Below, in pieces: positions 55,080-63,999 of a stretch of 64,000 nt of DNA. How positions within the stretch are numbered: position 1 is the first letter of the stretch; each line of letters starts with the position of its first letter. The stretch comes from Planctomycetota bacterium. GTDB taxonomy: Bacteria; Planctomycetota; PLA2; JAEUHO01. The notes under the pieces were generated by a model that was given only the letters and a program-made list of their open reading frames with translations, did no database searches and was not told the origin of the DNA. The stretch lies in contig JBFWRP010000011.1 of assembly GCA_050248855.1 (NCBI GenBank), forward strand, positions 64,001-128,000. The letters are read 5' to 3'. The position numbers were made by a program, and so were the translations under genes.

Positions 55080-57431
55080 GTGGCGCCCGGCAGACCCTTT
55101 CCACCCACCGGCCCGCCGGCCGGGGGTCCGCGGCCCGCGCTGGCCCTCGCGGCGTGGCTGGGCGGGCTCGCGGTGGGCCAGCTGGGGGCGGGGGTCGCCT
55201 GGCTGGCTCCACCGCTCGTGCTGGGCGCATGGTTTCGCCGCACGCGCGTCGTGAGCCTGGCTGCCCTCCTCGGGCTGCTCCCCGGCGGGGCGCCTCGCGA
55301 GCCCCGCGCCGCGTGCGCGTCGCCCGACGGCCTCTACGCAAGCCGCGTCCGCTGCACGCGCGCGGACCTCGTCGCACGCGGCCACCAACGCGTCCATCTC
55401 GTCGTGATGCAGCGCGGAGGCGTGCCTCTTGCCCCGGGCGTGCTCCTCGACGCGCACGTGTTCGTGGTGGAGCACGCACCCGAGGGGCTGGCCCGCGGCG
55501 ACACGCTGGAGGTGATCGAGCGGATCGAGGCGGGCCGTTCGCGCGTGGCGCACCCGCGCGCCTGGTGGCGCGTCGATCGGGCGCCGCTTCCGTGGCGCCT
55601 CCTGCAGGACGCACGCGAGGGCGCCGCACGGCGGTTCGATCGCTCGCTTTCCCTGCACGCGGCGAGCTGGGCACGGGCCCTCGTGCTGGGCGACCGCGGC
55701 ACGCTGGCCCGCGACGAGGTCGAACGGTTCCGCGCCACGGGGCAAGCGCACCTGCTCGCGGTGTCGGGTCTGCACGTCGGGCTGGTCGCGCTGCTCGTCG
55801 TTCTCGTGGTTCGCCTCCTCCGGGGCGGCCCCCGCCTGCAGGCTGCGCTGGCCGGGCCGTGCGTGGCCCTCCATGTTCCGCTGGCCGGCGCACCCTCCTC
55901 CGCCCTCCGCGCCGGCGCGGCGGCCGTGCTCGTGCTCGTCGCCCGTTCGCGGGGCCGTGGCGCCGCGGCCCCGGCCGTGCTGGTCGCGACGGGCCTGACG
56001 CTGCTGGCGCTGGACGCGACACGCGCTGCCGACCTGGGCACGTGGCTGTCGTTCCTGGCCGTCGCGGGCATCCTGGCCCTGCGCGCACCGATCCGCTTGG
56101 CACTCGTGCCACCGCCGCCCCTGCTGCTCGCCGGCTACCTGTCGCCTCCCCGTGCGCCCCTACGCAGTGCCCTGGCCGTGTCGCTGGCGGCGTGGCTGGC
56201 CACGGCCCCGTTGGTGGCCAGCGCGTTCGGCCGGCTCGCCCCGGCCGGGCCGCTGCTGGCCGTGCCCCTCGTGCCGCTCGTCGCCGTCCTCCTGGGGTCG
56301 TGTCTCCTGCTGCTGGCCTTCGCGGGCGTGCCGCTCGTGGGTGCTGCCTGTGCGGGTGTTGCACAGGGCGCGGCCTCCGCGCTCGCAGGCATCGTGGAGC
56401 TGGCCGAGCGCCTGGGTGCCGGCGCCCTCCCGGCCTCGACGAGCGCCTCGCGCCTCGCCGGCTACGCGTTGGCGTTGCTGGTCCTGGCGCGCCAGCGTGA
56501 TGCGGCGGGCGCGCGACGGGCCCTGTTGGTCGTCGTCGTGGCCACGGCGTGCCTGGCGGCGCCCACGGGAAGCGGGAACACGGCCCGCGAGCCAGCCCCC
56601 TATGATCGGGAGCACGTGTCCACGGCGGAGCTTGCGAACCTGGCGACCCACGGCGCGCCGTCCACGTCCATGCTCGTTGCCGTGGGCATCGGCGGGGCTG
56701 CGCTCGCCGTCCTGGCCACGCGGCACTTGCACTGGCTGCGCGCGGGCGGTGCCGCGCTTGCACTGGCGCTGGCCCTGGGCGCGGCCGCGCAGCTCGGCGC
56801 TGCGGGCCTTGCCGCGCTGTTCGCGCCGTTCCTCGTGGCCACGCTGCTCGGGCGGCTGCCAGGCTGGCCGCGTTCCGGGGCCCGCGATGCGCGGCAGGTG
56901 CTCGCCAACGGGCTCCCCGCCGCACTCGGGCTGCTCGTGATGGCGCTGGGTCCCGCGCAGGCGGGCCTTGCCATGTTCCTCGGGGGCCTCGCCTGCCTCG
57001 GCGCCGACACCTGCGCCACGGAGATCGGGGTGCGCTACGGCGGCACGCCGCGCCACGTGCTGACCGGGCGCCGGTTGGCCGTCGGCGAGAGCGGCGGCAT
57101 CACGGGGGCGGGACTGCTGGCGGCGCTCGCAGGCAGCCTGCTGGGGCCGGGTGCGTACGTCCTCGCGCGCGGTGGCGAGGGCCTGCGGGTGGCCGGCTGG
57201 GCGGCGGCGGCAGGCGTGGCAGGAAGCCTCGTCGACAGCGTCCTCGGAGCGGTGCTCCAGTTCCGCGGTCGCCGTGCCGGCAGCGAGACCCTGGTCGAGG
57301 GCCGGCTCGGCGAGGACACCGACCTCGAGCCGGTGCGCGGCGTGCGCTGGCTCGACAACGACGGCGTCAACCTCGTGAGCGGGCTCGTCGCCGCGCTGCT
57401 CGCCGCGGCCGCTGCCGGCCCCTGGATCTGA
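55080..57431 (+). CDS. ComEC competence domain fused in frame to a DUF92/TMEM19-like membrane domain
   Basis: TGQAHLLAVSGLHVG and SALRA (ComEC); RDARQVLANG, ADTCATEIG, SGGIT, DSVLGAVLQ, LDNDGVN (DUF92); no metallo-beta-lactamase domain. Confidence 0.78.
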   Translation: MAPGRPFPPTGPPAGGPRPALALAAWLGGLAVGQLGAGVAWLAPPLVLGAWFRRTRVVSLAALLGLLPGGAPREPRAACASPDGLYASRVRCTRADLVARGHQRVHLVVMQRGGVPLAPGVLLDAHVFVVEHAPEGLARGDTLEVIERIEAGRSRVAHPRAWWRVDRAPLPWRLLQDAREGAARRFDRSLSLHAASWARALVLGDRGTLARDEVERFRATGQAHLLAVSGLHVGLVALLVVLVVRLLRGGPRLQAALAGPCVALHVPLAGAPSSALRAGAAAVLVLVARSRGRGAAAPAVLVATGLTLLALDATRAADLGTWLSFLAVAGILALRAPIRLALVPPPPLLLAGYLSPPRAPLRSALAVSLAAWLATAPLVASAFGRLAPAGPLLAVPLVPLVAVLLGSCLLLLAFAGVPLVGAACAGVAQGAASALAGIVELAERLGAGALPASTSASRLAGYALALLVLARQRDAAGARRALLVVVVATACLAAPTGSGNTAREPAPYDREHVSTAELANLATHGAPSTSMLVAVGIGGAALAVLATRHLHWLRAGGAALALALALGAAAQLGAAGLAALFAPFLVATLLGRLPGWPRSGARDARQVLANGLPAALGLLVMALGPAQAGLAMFLGGLACLGADTCATEIGVRYGGTPRHVLTGRRLAVGESGGITGAGLLAALAGSLLGPGAYVLARGGEGLRVAGWAAAAGVAGSLVDSVLGAVLQFRGRRAGSETLVEGRLGEDTDLEPVRGVRWLDNDGVNLVSGLVAALLAAAAAGPWI

Positions 57432-57451
57432 GCCCAGCAGGTCGATCGACG

Positions 57452-58594
57452 TCAGCTGGCGAAGAGCGTGCCCTGGCCCCCGCGCCCCGGTCGATGCCAC
57501 GCGGCCACGGAGAAGGGCACGGCCTGCTCGTCGAAGCCGAGCCGGCGCGCAGACGTACGAAACAGCGTGGCGACCCCCTCGGCGAACGGCCCCTCACCGC
57601 GGAAACGCACGTGGTGGCGCGCGTCGTTGCGCGCACCGTTGCGAGCATCACGCACGCGGGACATGACCTTCGCCTTGCGATCCGGCGTATGCCGCTCGAG
57701 CCAGGACTCGAACAGGTCCGCCACGCCGTGGGGAAGGCGCAGGAACACGTAGGACGCGGTCTTCGCCCCGGCCTTGCGAGCGGCCTCGAGGATCGACGGC
57801 AGCTCGTGGTCCGTCAGCCCGGGTATGACGGGAGCCACCATCACGTGCGTGGGTACGCCAGCGTCGGCCAGCGTGGCGATCGCGTCCAGGCGACCCGCGG
57901 GGCTCGACGCGCGCGGCTCGAGCGCACGGGCCAGCACGGGATCCAGCGTGGTCACGGAGACCGCCACACGCGCGCCCGTCGTGCCCGGCTCGTCACGCGT
58001 CATGCCGGCGAGCGCCGCAAAGAGGTCCGTGTCGCGCGTGACGAGTCGGTTCTTGGTGATGGCGCCCACGGGGTTGCCCGCTTCGAGCAGGACCTCCAGG
58101 CAGGCACGCGTGATGCCGAGCCGGCGCTCGACGGGTTGCCAGGCGTCCGTCACGCCGCTGAACACGATGGGCTCGGGCTCGTAGCGCGGGCTCGACAGCT
58201 CGTCGCGGAGAAGCCGCGCGAGGTCGGACTTGACGACGAGCTTGGTCTCGAAGTCCAAGCCCGCCGACCACCCGAGGTACTCGTGGTACGGCCGTGCATA
58301 GCAGTAGGCACAGCCGTGCTCGCAGCCGCGGTACGGGTTGAGCGAAGCGCGAAACGGTATGTCCGGGCTCTCGTTCCACGAGATGGCGCTACGCGTGGCG
58401 TCCTCGACCAACGTCGTGACGACGCTTGTGCCGTCATCCCCCTGCGCCGCCGCCGCCTCGCGGCCCTCCGCGTCGGCGTCGAACCAGCGGGCCTCGAACC
58501 GACCCGGCGGCGCCTCCGCCGACCCCCGCCCCCGCGGCGCCTCTCCCGACGCCGGCTCCACCTGCACGCGACGAGGGGGCGGACGCGAGCTCAT
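57452..58594 (-). CDS. Radical SAM protein, PA0069/Rv2578c (SplB-like) family
   Basis: Start ATG 58594; SLNPYRGCEHGCAYCYARPYHEYLG, SGVTDAWQP, LEPRAS, APVIPGLTD. Confidence 0.92.
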   Translation of the reverse strand: MSSRPPPRRVQVEPASGEAPRGRGSAEAPPGRFEARWFDADAEGREAAAAQGDDGTSVVTTLVEDATRSAISWNESPDIPFRASLNPYRGCEHGCAYCYARPYHEYLGWSAGLDFETKLVVKSDLARLLRDELSSPRYEPEPIVFSGVTDAWQPVERRLGITRACLEVLLEAGNPVGAITKNRLVTRDTDLFAALAGMTRDEPGTTGARVAVSVTTLDPVLARALEPRASSPAGRLDAIATLADAGVPTHVMVAPVIPGLTDHELPSILEAARKAGAKTASYVFLRLPHGVADLFESWLERHTPDRKAKVMSRVRDARNGARNDARHHVRFRGEGPFAEGVATLFRTSARRLGFDEQAVPFSVAAWHRPGRGGQGTLFAS

Positions 58595-58660
58595 CCCCAC
58601 ATCCTCGCCCCACCCCCGGACGGCGTGGACGTGCCGTCTCCGAGAGCCTCCTCCCCCCGA

Positions 58661-58895
58661 GTGCGCAGCACCCCAACCCCTTCGCGGTTGTCTCGCCTCG
58701 CGGTACCAGGGAGCGGCACACGGTCGCGGTCGCTCCGAAAGCCTGTACGGAGCCAGGGACTTCTTCCGCGAATCGCTGCACGCCGCCACGACGGCGGTCA
58801 TCTCCCCCGGCGATTCGCCGAAGAACTCCCAGGCACCTCTCCCCGGGTGCGCAGCACCCCAAAACGAATGCAGTTGTCCCGGCCCGCGGTGCCAG
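58661..58895. repeat. Two degenerate 49-bp direct repeats upstream of the radical SAM gene
   Basis: GTGCGCAGCACCCCAA-N7-GCRGTTGTC..CGCGGTRCCAG at 58661-58709 and 58847-58895. Confidence 0.7.
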
Positions 58896-58950
58896 CGGCG
58901 ACCGACGACGGGCCGCAGCACGCTTCCGCAACTCATCGGGTCGCCACGGG

Positions 58951-59201
58951 CCGTGAGGGGTGCAGGGGGACCGTGAGGGGTGCAGGGGGGACCGTGAGGG
59001 GTGCAGGGGGGGTACGGAATAGCCCCCCTGCCGCGAGGGCGTAGCCCGAGCGCCGAGTCCGCGCGGGAGCGCGGAACAACTGCTCCGCCGCGTTCCGAGC
59101 ACGTTCCTCCCTACGCGGGCGGAAGATGGCGGAACGGGATAGCCCCCCTGCCGCGAGGGCGTAGCCCGAGCGCCGAGTCCGCGCGGGAGCGCGGAACGAT
59201 C
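58951..59201. repeat. Structured intergenic repeat family A, locus downstream of tRNA-Lys
   Basis: Same architecture as 8133-8409: 20/21-bp units, core, ~59-bp linker, second (5'-truncated) core. Confidence 0.9.
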
Positions 59202-59312
59202 AACGCTGACGCGCGAAGCCGAGGGCCTCGGGTTGTCGAAGTCCATCGGCGGTGCGGGACCGAGCATCTGGCGAGCCGCCCTCGCGCACCGCCACCACCG
59301 ACCGAACAAAAG

Positions 59313-59389
59313 TGGTGCCCGCTCTAGGATTTGAACCTAGGACCCACGGATTAAGAATCCGTTGCTCTGACCAACTGAGCTAAGCGGGC
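59313..59389 (-). tRNA. tRNA-Lys (CTT)
   Basis: GCCCGCTTAGCTCAGTTGGTCAGAGCAACGGATTCTTAATCCGTGGGTCCTAGGTTCAAATCCTAGAGCGGGCACCA. Confidence 0.96.
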
Positions 59390-59495
59390 GCATCGACGTC
59401 GCCGCGAAACGCGGGCCGGAAGTATGGGTGGCATGCGCGCGGATCGGAAGAAGAACGTCAAGCGCAGCGCTGCTGCAGCACCGCGTGCACCTGGA

Positions 59496-61589
59496 TCAGC
59501 GAGGAGGTGGGAACCCACCCGGTGAGTCCGGCGCGGGACTGCCGGCGCCATCGGGCGGCGGGAAGCCAGCACCGTCACCGCCGGGGGGCGGGAAGCCGCC
59601 ACCGTCACCGCCGGGGGGCGGGAAGCCGCCACCGTCGCTGCCGCCGGGGGGCGGGAAGCCGCCGCCGTCGCTGCCGCCCGGGGGCGGGAAGCCGCCGCCG
59701 TCGCCGCCGCCTGGGGGCGGGAAGCCACCACCGTCGCCACCAGGCGGCGGGAACCCACCGTCCCCGCCCGGGGGCGGGAAGCCATCCCCCTGGCCGGGCG
59801 GCCTCGCGCCACCGGGCACCGCACCGGGATGCGGGTCGGGCATGAGACTGGCGCACCCCGGATGCATGACGCGGCCTGCGGGGCCCGCTCCCGGGACGGC
59901 CTCGTCGCCGCCCTGCGGGCAGAGCAGCTCGGAGGGCGGGCGGTCGGGCAGCGTGCTCGCTTGGCCGGCGAACTCGGGGCAGCCTGCGTCGATCCACGCC
60001 GCGAGACGATCGATGTCGGCATCGGACATCGGGGGGACGCCCACGGGCATGCGGCGGACGGGCATGTCCACCTGCTGCGAGCCGACACAGGCGATCAAGT
60101 CGTCACCACGCATCGCGCGCACCAAGTTGCTCTCGGCGCTGTGCCACGGCACCAGCAGGCGGATGCTACGCATGCCGGCCTCGGTCTCGTGGTCGAACAC
60201 GAAGTCGATGAACGTCGTGTAGTCCTTCTGCCAGAAGTTGCCATGCGGCGCGGTCTTGCCGGACTTGCCGAGGCCCTCGAGCAGCGCCTGCACCTCGGCG
60301 TACCCCAGGTCGCTGGAGGGCGCGGGCCCGGGGCCGGGCCCCGGCGCATCCGGCGCGTCCTCGGCGGGAGCAGGTGAGTCCGACGGCAGGATGTCGCCCG
60401 TCACCGGGTCCACGGGACAGCCGATCTCGAAGGGGATGTCGGCAAAGTCCATCACGAGGCCCCAGAGCCCGCGGCGCTTCTGGTAGACGCGGATGAAGCG
60501 CCCCTTGTCGCTCACGAGCTCGCCGTCGTCGGTGCGGGACTCCTGGTAGATGCGCCCCATGGCGATGACGTAGCTGCCTTCTTGCTGGACGGTCTCGGGC
60601 TCGAAGTCGTAGCGGACCTCGCGCAGCTGGAAGTCGGTCACCGCGCCGTTGCAGAGATTGCGGAAGTAGCGCGACCAGCGCTCGGTGACGGCCTCGCGGC
60701 CGACCGTGCCCCCCTTGTCGTCGCCGCTACGGAACAGCGTGGGGCGGATGCCGTCGGGCCAGCCCCACGCCGCCATCTGCACCGGGTCCTTGGTGCGCAT
60801 GGCTTCGGCCAGGTGGCACTCGAGGACCTCGATGTCCTTCGGGGGGTGGCGGAACCGCATGCGGATCATCGAGGCGTCGTGTCCCCACGCCGTCCGCACG
60901 TGGTTGACGACGTCCACGATCTCGTCGTTGGACAGGAGCGGCCCCCAGGCCGGCATCTGCGTGCTGGGCACCCCCGTGATGACGCGGGACAGCAGACGGA
61001 ACGGGTTCTCGGCAACCGCCAGGTTCTTCGTGTTGCGCAGCTCGGCCACGCGCAGCGTCTGCGGATCGTCCGCATCCCGCTGGCCTCGGCCGTCTTCGCC
61101 GTGGCAGCGGGCGCACGTGTCGACATAGATCCGCTCGCCCCCGCCCGCGGTGGCCTGGGAGCCGACCGCGGCCGCCGCGCGCGAGGCGAGGCGCGGGTTG
61201 ATCACGTAGAACAGCGTCCACGCGCCCACGGCGAGCAGGAGCACCCAAGCCCAGGTCGGGATGGGCTGGGGTGTCTCGGCCTGCCGTGGCTCGAAGTCCA
61301 CCTCGGTGTTGCCGGCGTAGGCGTTGATGATCAGCTCGACCTGGCCACCGATCGTCTGGTGGGGCTCGAGGCCGGAGACCGTGACCGCCACGCCGTTGCG
61401 GACCTGGAACGGGATCTTCCGCACCGTCGGCGGCGCGAGGCCGTTGCTGGCCTCGACTCGAAGCGTGTGCTCGCCGTCGGCGAGGTGGATCGTGCTGAAG
61501 TAGAAGCGCAAGGGCGGCTCGGCAACCTGGAACGGCTCGTCCTGGTCGTCGAGGTAGATCTTGATGGGTTCCTTGGCGGACTCGCTCAT
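59496..61589 (-). CDS. Multidomain membrane-anchored cytochrome c (beta-rich N-domain, TM, c-type heme domain, NTF2/SnoaL-like domain, CXXCH-less cytochrome-like domain, Gly/Pro tail)
   Basis: Single CARCH with distal QMPAW; DKGRFIRVYQK..WGLV NTF2-like end; SNLVRAM..RMP..MSDADIDRLAAWIDAG; GGAGG RBS; coupled to upstream genes. Confidence 0.8.
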   Translation of the reverse strand: MSESAKEPIKIYLDDQDEPFQVAEPPLRFYFSTIHLADGEHTLRVEASNGLAPPTVRKIPFQVRNGVAVTVSGLEPHQTIGGQVELIINAYAGNTEVDFEPRQAETPQPIPTWAWVLLLAVGAWTLFYVINPRLASRAAAAVGSQATAGGGERIYVDTCARCHGEDGRGQRDADDPQTLRVAELRNTKNLAVAENPFRLLSRVITGVPSTQMPAWGPLLSNDEIVDVVNHVRTAWGHDASMIRMRFRHPPKDIEVLECHLAEAMRTKDPVQMAAWGWPDGIRPTLFRSGDDKGGTVGREAVTERWSRYFRNLCNGAVTDFQLREVRYDFEPETVQQEGSYVIAMGRIYQESRTDDGELVSDKGRFIRVYQKRRGLWGLVMDFADIPFEIGCPVDPVTGDILPSDSPAPAEDAPDAPGPGPGPAPSSDLGYAEVQALLEGLGKSGKTAPHGNFWQKDYTTFIDFVFDHETEAGMRSIRLLVPWHSAESNLVRAMRGDDLIACVGSQQVDMPVRRMPVGVPPMSDADIDRLAAWIDAGCPEFAGQASTLPDRPPSELLCPQGGDEAVPGAGPAGRVMHPGCASLMPDPHPGAVPGGARPPGQGDGFPPPGGDGGFPPPGGDGGGFPPPGGGDGGGFPPPGGSDGGGFPPPGGSDGGGFPPPGGDGGGFPPPGGDGAGFPPPDGAGSPAPDSPGGFPPPR
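59554..59790 (-). repeat. Coding tandem repeat (GG[S/G]DGGGFPPP)n, 24-30 bp units, about 8 copies
   Basis: Repeated GGCGGGAAGCC units on the + strand. Confidence 0.88.
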
Positions 61590-61816
61590 GGCCTCCGCTC
61601 CTGGCTACCGACGGCCACGTGGATCTGCTGCGGCTCGGCGAGGATGGACCGCTTGATGTGGTCGGGTTCCTCCTCGCCGGGATGGATCGAGTACCGGACC
61701 GCGCGGACGATCGTCCACGCGACGAACAGGGCGCTCACGCCGATCGTGACCCAGGTCAGGGGCTCGATCGGGCCCTGGATGTGCGCGAGCGTGCTGCGGG
61801 CAAGGTCGGCGCTCAT
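61586..61816 (-). CDS. Small single-TM protein in the oxidase operon (CcoQ position)
   Basis: ATG 61816 overlaps the ccoO-like stop and its own stop overlaps the next ATG: MSADLARSTLAHIQGPIEPLTWVTIGVSALFVAWTIVRAVRYSIHPGEEEPDHIKRSIL. Confidence 0.75.
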   Translation of the reverse strand: MSADLARSTLAHIQGPIEPLTWVTIGVSALFVAWTIVRAVRYSIHPGEEEPDHIKRSILAEPQQIHVAVGSQERRP

Positions 61817-62442
61817 CGCTTGACCCCCTGCATCGAGAGCAGGTACTCGACCAACGCGACGGCCTGCGGCGTGGCGTACAGCTTGGGGCCCGCCGTGAGG
61901 CCGTCGATGCGCTCGACCTCCTCGTACTCCGCGGCCTCCTTGGGGTCGGAGGGCAGCTTGTCCGTGTACAGGAACCGGTAGGCGGGCATCACGCTGTCGG
62001 GCGACACCGCGCGCGGGTCGTGCAAGTGCCAGTGGTGCCATGCCGTTCCCGGCAAGCGGGAGCCGACGCCCGTCAGGTCCGGGCCCGTGCGCTGGGTCCC
62101 CATCATGGCGGGATCCTCGTGGTCGTAGTGCGCGGCGCCGGTGGCTTCGCTGCCGAACCGCCGGTCGGCGGCGAGCACGGGCACGATGCGTCGGCCGTCG
62201 ATCTCGAGGGCCAAGTGCTCGTCGCCACGGATCTGTTGGGTGTGACACGCGGCGCAGTTGAGCGAGCGGTAGACCTTGCGCCCCTTCTCGACGCCGGGGT
62301 GCGGCGCGGCCCGAGGCGCCTGGGCCTCGCGCTGCAGCTCGATCTCGGCCGGGACGACGGCGCAAAGGATGACGAGGAGCAGGTAGATGCCCGCCGGAAG
62401 CAGGAGGATGATCCGGTGGCTCTGGTGGATGTTGAACGCCAT
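61813..62442 (-). CDS. ccoO: cbb3-type cytochrome c oxidase subunit II-like (monoheme)
   Basis: GRKVY..NCAACHTQQIR, GTQRTGPDL, HLHDPRAVSPDSVMPAY. Confidence 0.88.
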   Translation of the reverse strand: MAFNIHQSHRIILLLPAGIYLLLVILCAVVPAEIELQREAQAPRAAPHPGVEKGRKVYRSLNCAACHTQQIRGDEHLALEIDGRRIVPVLAADRRFGSEATGAAHYDHEDPAMMGTQRTGPDLTGVGSRLPGTAWHHWHLHDPRAVSPDSVMPAYRFLYTDKLPSDPKEAAEYEEVERIDGLTAGPKLYATPQAVALVEYLLSMQGVKR

Positions 62443-62445
62443 GGT

Positions 62446-63999
62446 TCAAGCCCCCCCTTGGCCGAGGCCCGATGCGCCCTGGTGGCCGAACGCCATGGAG
62501 AACGCCCCGGGACGCATGCGCCAGAGCGCCACCGCGAAGCAGATGTGGCTGGCCAGCATGAGCACGCCACCCACGGCGCGCCAGACGTAGTAGGGCGACA
62601 TCAGCCGCACGCTGGTCATGAACGGCTCGCCTTCGACCCACGCGCCGCCTTGGGGCTCGCCGCCGATGCACATCGACAGGACGTAGATGAGGATGCCCGC
62701 CAGGGCCAACCAGAAGTGCACGCCGACCAAGGCCACCGGGGGCTCGCGACCGGTCAGGCGAGGCAGCAGCCCGTAGATCGCACCCCACGCCAAGAAGGTG
62801 ACGAACGCGTACATCGCGAAGTGCGCGTGGCCGACCGTGTAGTTGGTCAGGTGCAGGTGCTCCTGGACCCACGGCAGCGCCTGGGCGCTGCCCTGCAGCG
62901 AGGCCACGCCGTAGGCCAGCACACCCACCACGATGAAGGGAAGCGAGTAGCTGTGCGCAATGGCCAGGCGCTCGCCCTTCATGGTGAGCAGGAAGTTGCC
63001 CGTGCTGGCCCAGACCGGAACGATCATGGCCACGCTGAACACCACGCTGGTGGTCTCCAGCCACTGGGGGATGGCCGTGTGCACGTAGTGGTGCGTGCCG
63101 ATCACCGTGTAGAACACGATGTGCGTGAAGAAGCCGAGCACGCCGAGCGCGTAGCTGTAGATCGGCTTGTTCAGCAGCTTGGGCAGCACGTAGTACGTGA
63201 GGCCGACCGCCAGCGGCGTGAAGAACATCCCCACCGCGTTGTGGATGTAGTAGCCGTCGATCACGCGGTCGGCGACGCCGCTGGTCCAACGCGGTTGGTA
63301 GCCCATGACGACGACCACGGCGACCCAGACCAGCGCCGACAGGATGAACCAGCCCGAGATGTACACGCCCTTCACCTGCCGGCGTGCCAAGAGCCGATAC
63401 ACGAGCACGGCCAGCAGGAGGACCGCCAGGGCGATGGGCACCATGGCCGGCCACACGAACATGCGGTACTCGCGACCGGCGTTGATGTGCCCGGAGAGCA
63501 GCAGGAGCACACCACCGGCAACGCCCGCGTTCCACAGCGCCAACGCCAGGTTGCCGACACCCAGCTCCCAGCGCTGTAGCGGCTGGTGCATGGGCAGCCA
63601 CGCCGACTTGGCGACGACGTAGAGGCCCATGCCGACCAGGGCCAGCCCCGCCCAGCCGAACAGGACGATCATGGTGTGGGCAGGGCGGACGCGCCCGTAG
63701 GTCATCGCGCTCGTGTCGGTCAGCAGCTCCGGGTCCACCAGCTTGAAGGCGACGAGCAGGCCGAAGCCGCTGCCGAGCAGGAGCCAGAAGCAGGCGCTCA
63801 TCAGGTAGCGTGAAACCAGCTTGGCAAAGCGCGGGTCGTTGCCGGCGGCGGCCACGAAGATCGGGATCCCGACGGGGATCTTCGTGTTGGCTCCGCCGCC
63901 CAGGCGCCAGCCCAGCCAGCAGGCGAACGCGAGCACGCCGATGAGCACGGTGGCCCCCGGAGCGAGCCCGAAGAGCGCAAGCGGGCCAGGCGCGGTGAC
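62446..63999 (-). CDS. ccoN: cbb3-type (C-family) heme-copper oxidase subunit I-like; frame open to the window edge
   Basis: YGRVRPAHT, HNAVG, YTVIGTHHY, TVGHAH: all six metal-ligand His plus the helix-VII Tyr. Confidence 0.88.
   Translation of the reverse strand, partial: VTAPGPLALFGLAPGATVLIGVLAFACWLGWRLGGGANTKIPVGIPIFVAAAGNDPRFAKLVSRYLMSACFWLLLGSGFGLLVAFKLVDPELLTDTSAMTYGRVRPAHTMIVLFGWAGLALVGMGLYVVAKSAWLPMHQPLQRWELGVGNLALALWNAGVAGGVLLLLSGHINAGREYRMFVWPAMVPIALAVLLLAVLVYRLLARRQVKGVYISGWFILSALVWVAVVVVMGYQPRWTSGVADRVIDGYYIHNAVGMFFTPLAVGLTYYVLPKLLNKPIYSYALGVLGFFTHIVFYTVIGTHHYVHTAIPQWLETTSVVFSVAMIVPVWASTGNFLLTMKGERLAIAHSYSLPFIVVGVLAYGVASLQGSAQALPWVQEHLHLTNYTVGHAHFAMYAFVTFLAWGAIYGLLPRLTGREPPVALVGVHFWLALAGILIYVLSMCIGGEPQGGAWVEGEPFMTSVRLMSPYYVWRAVGGVLMLASHICFAVALWRMRPGAFSMAFGHQGASGLGQGGA

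Noticed and set aside
52513..56925. 1470-aa ORF as a giant PMM fusion
   Set aside because: Only the last 477 aa are PMM/PGM; the upstream part is an off-frame read of kdsD and antisense to comEC
58900..59312. Genomic island at the tRNA-Lys 3' end
   Set aside because: Only short repeats follow the tRNA; no integrase and no duplicated tRNA end seen
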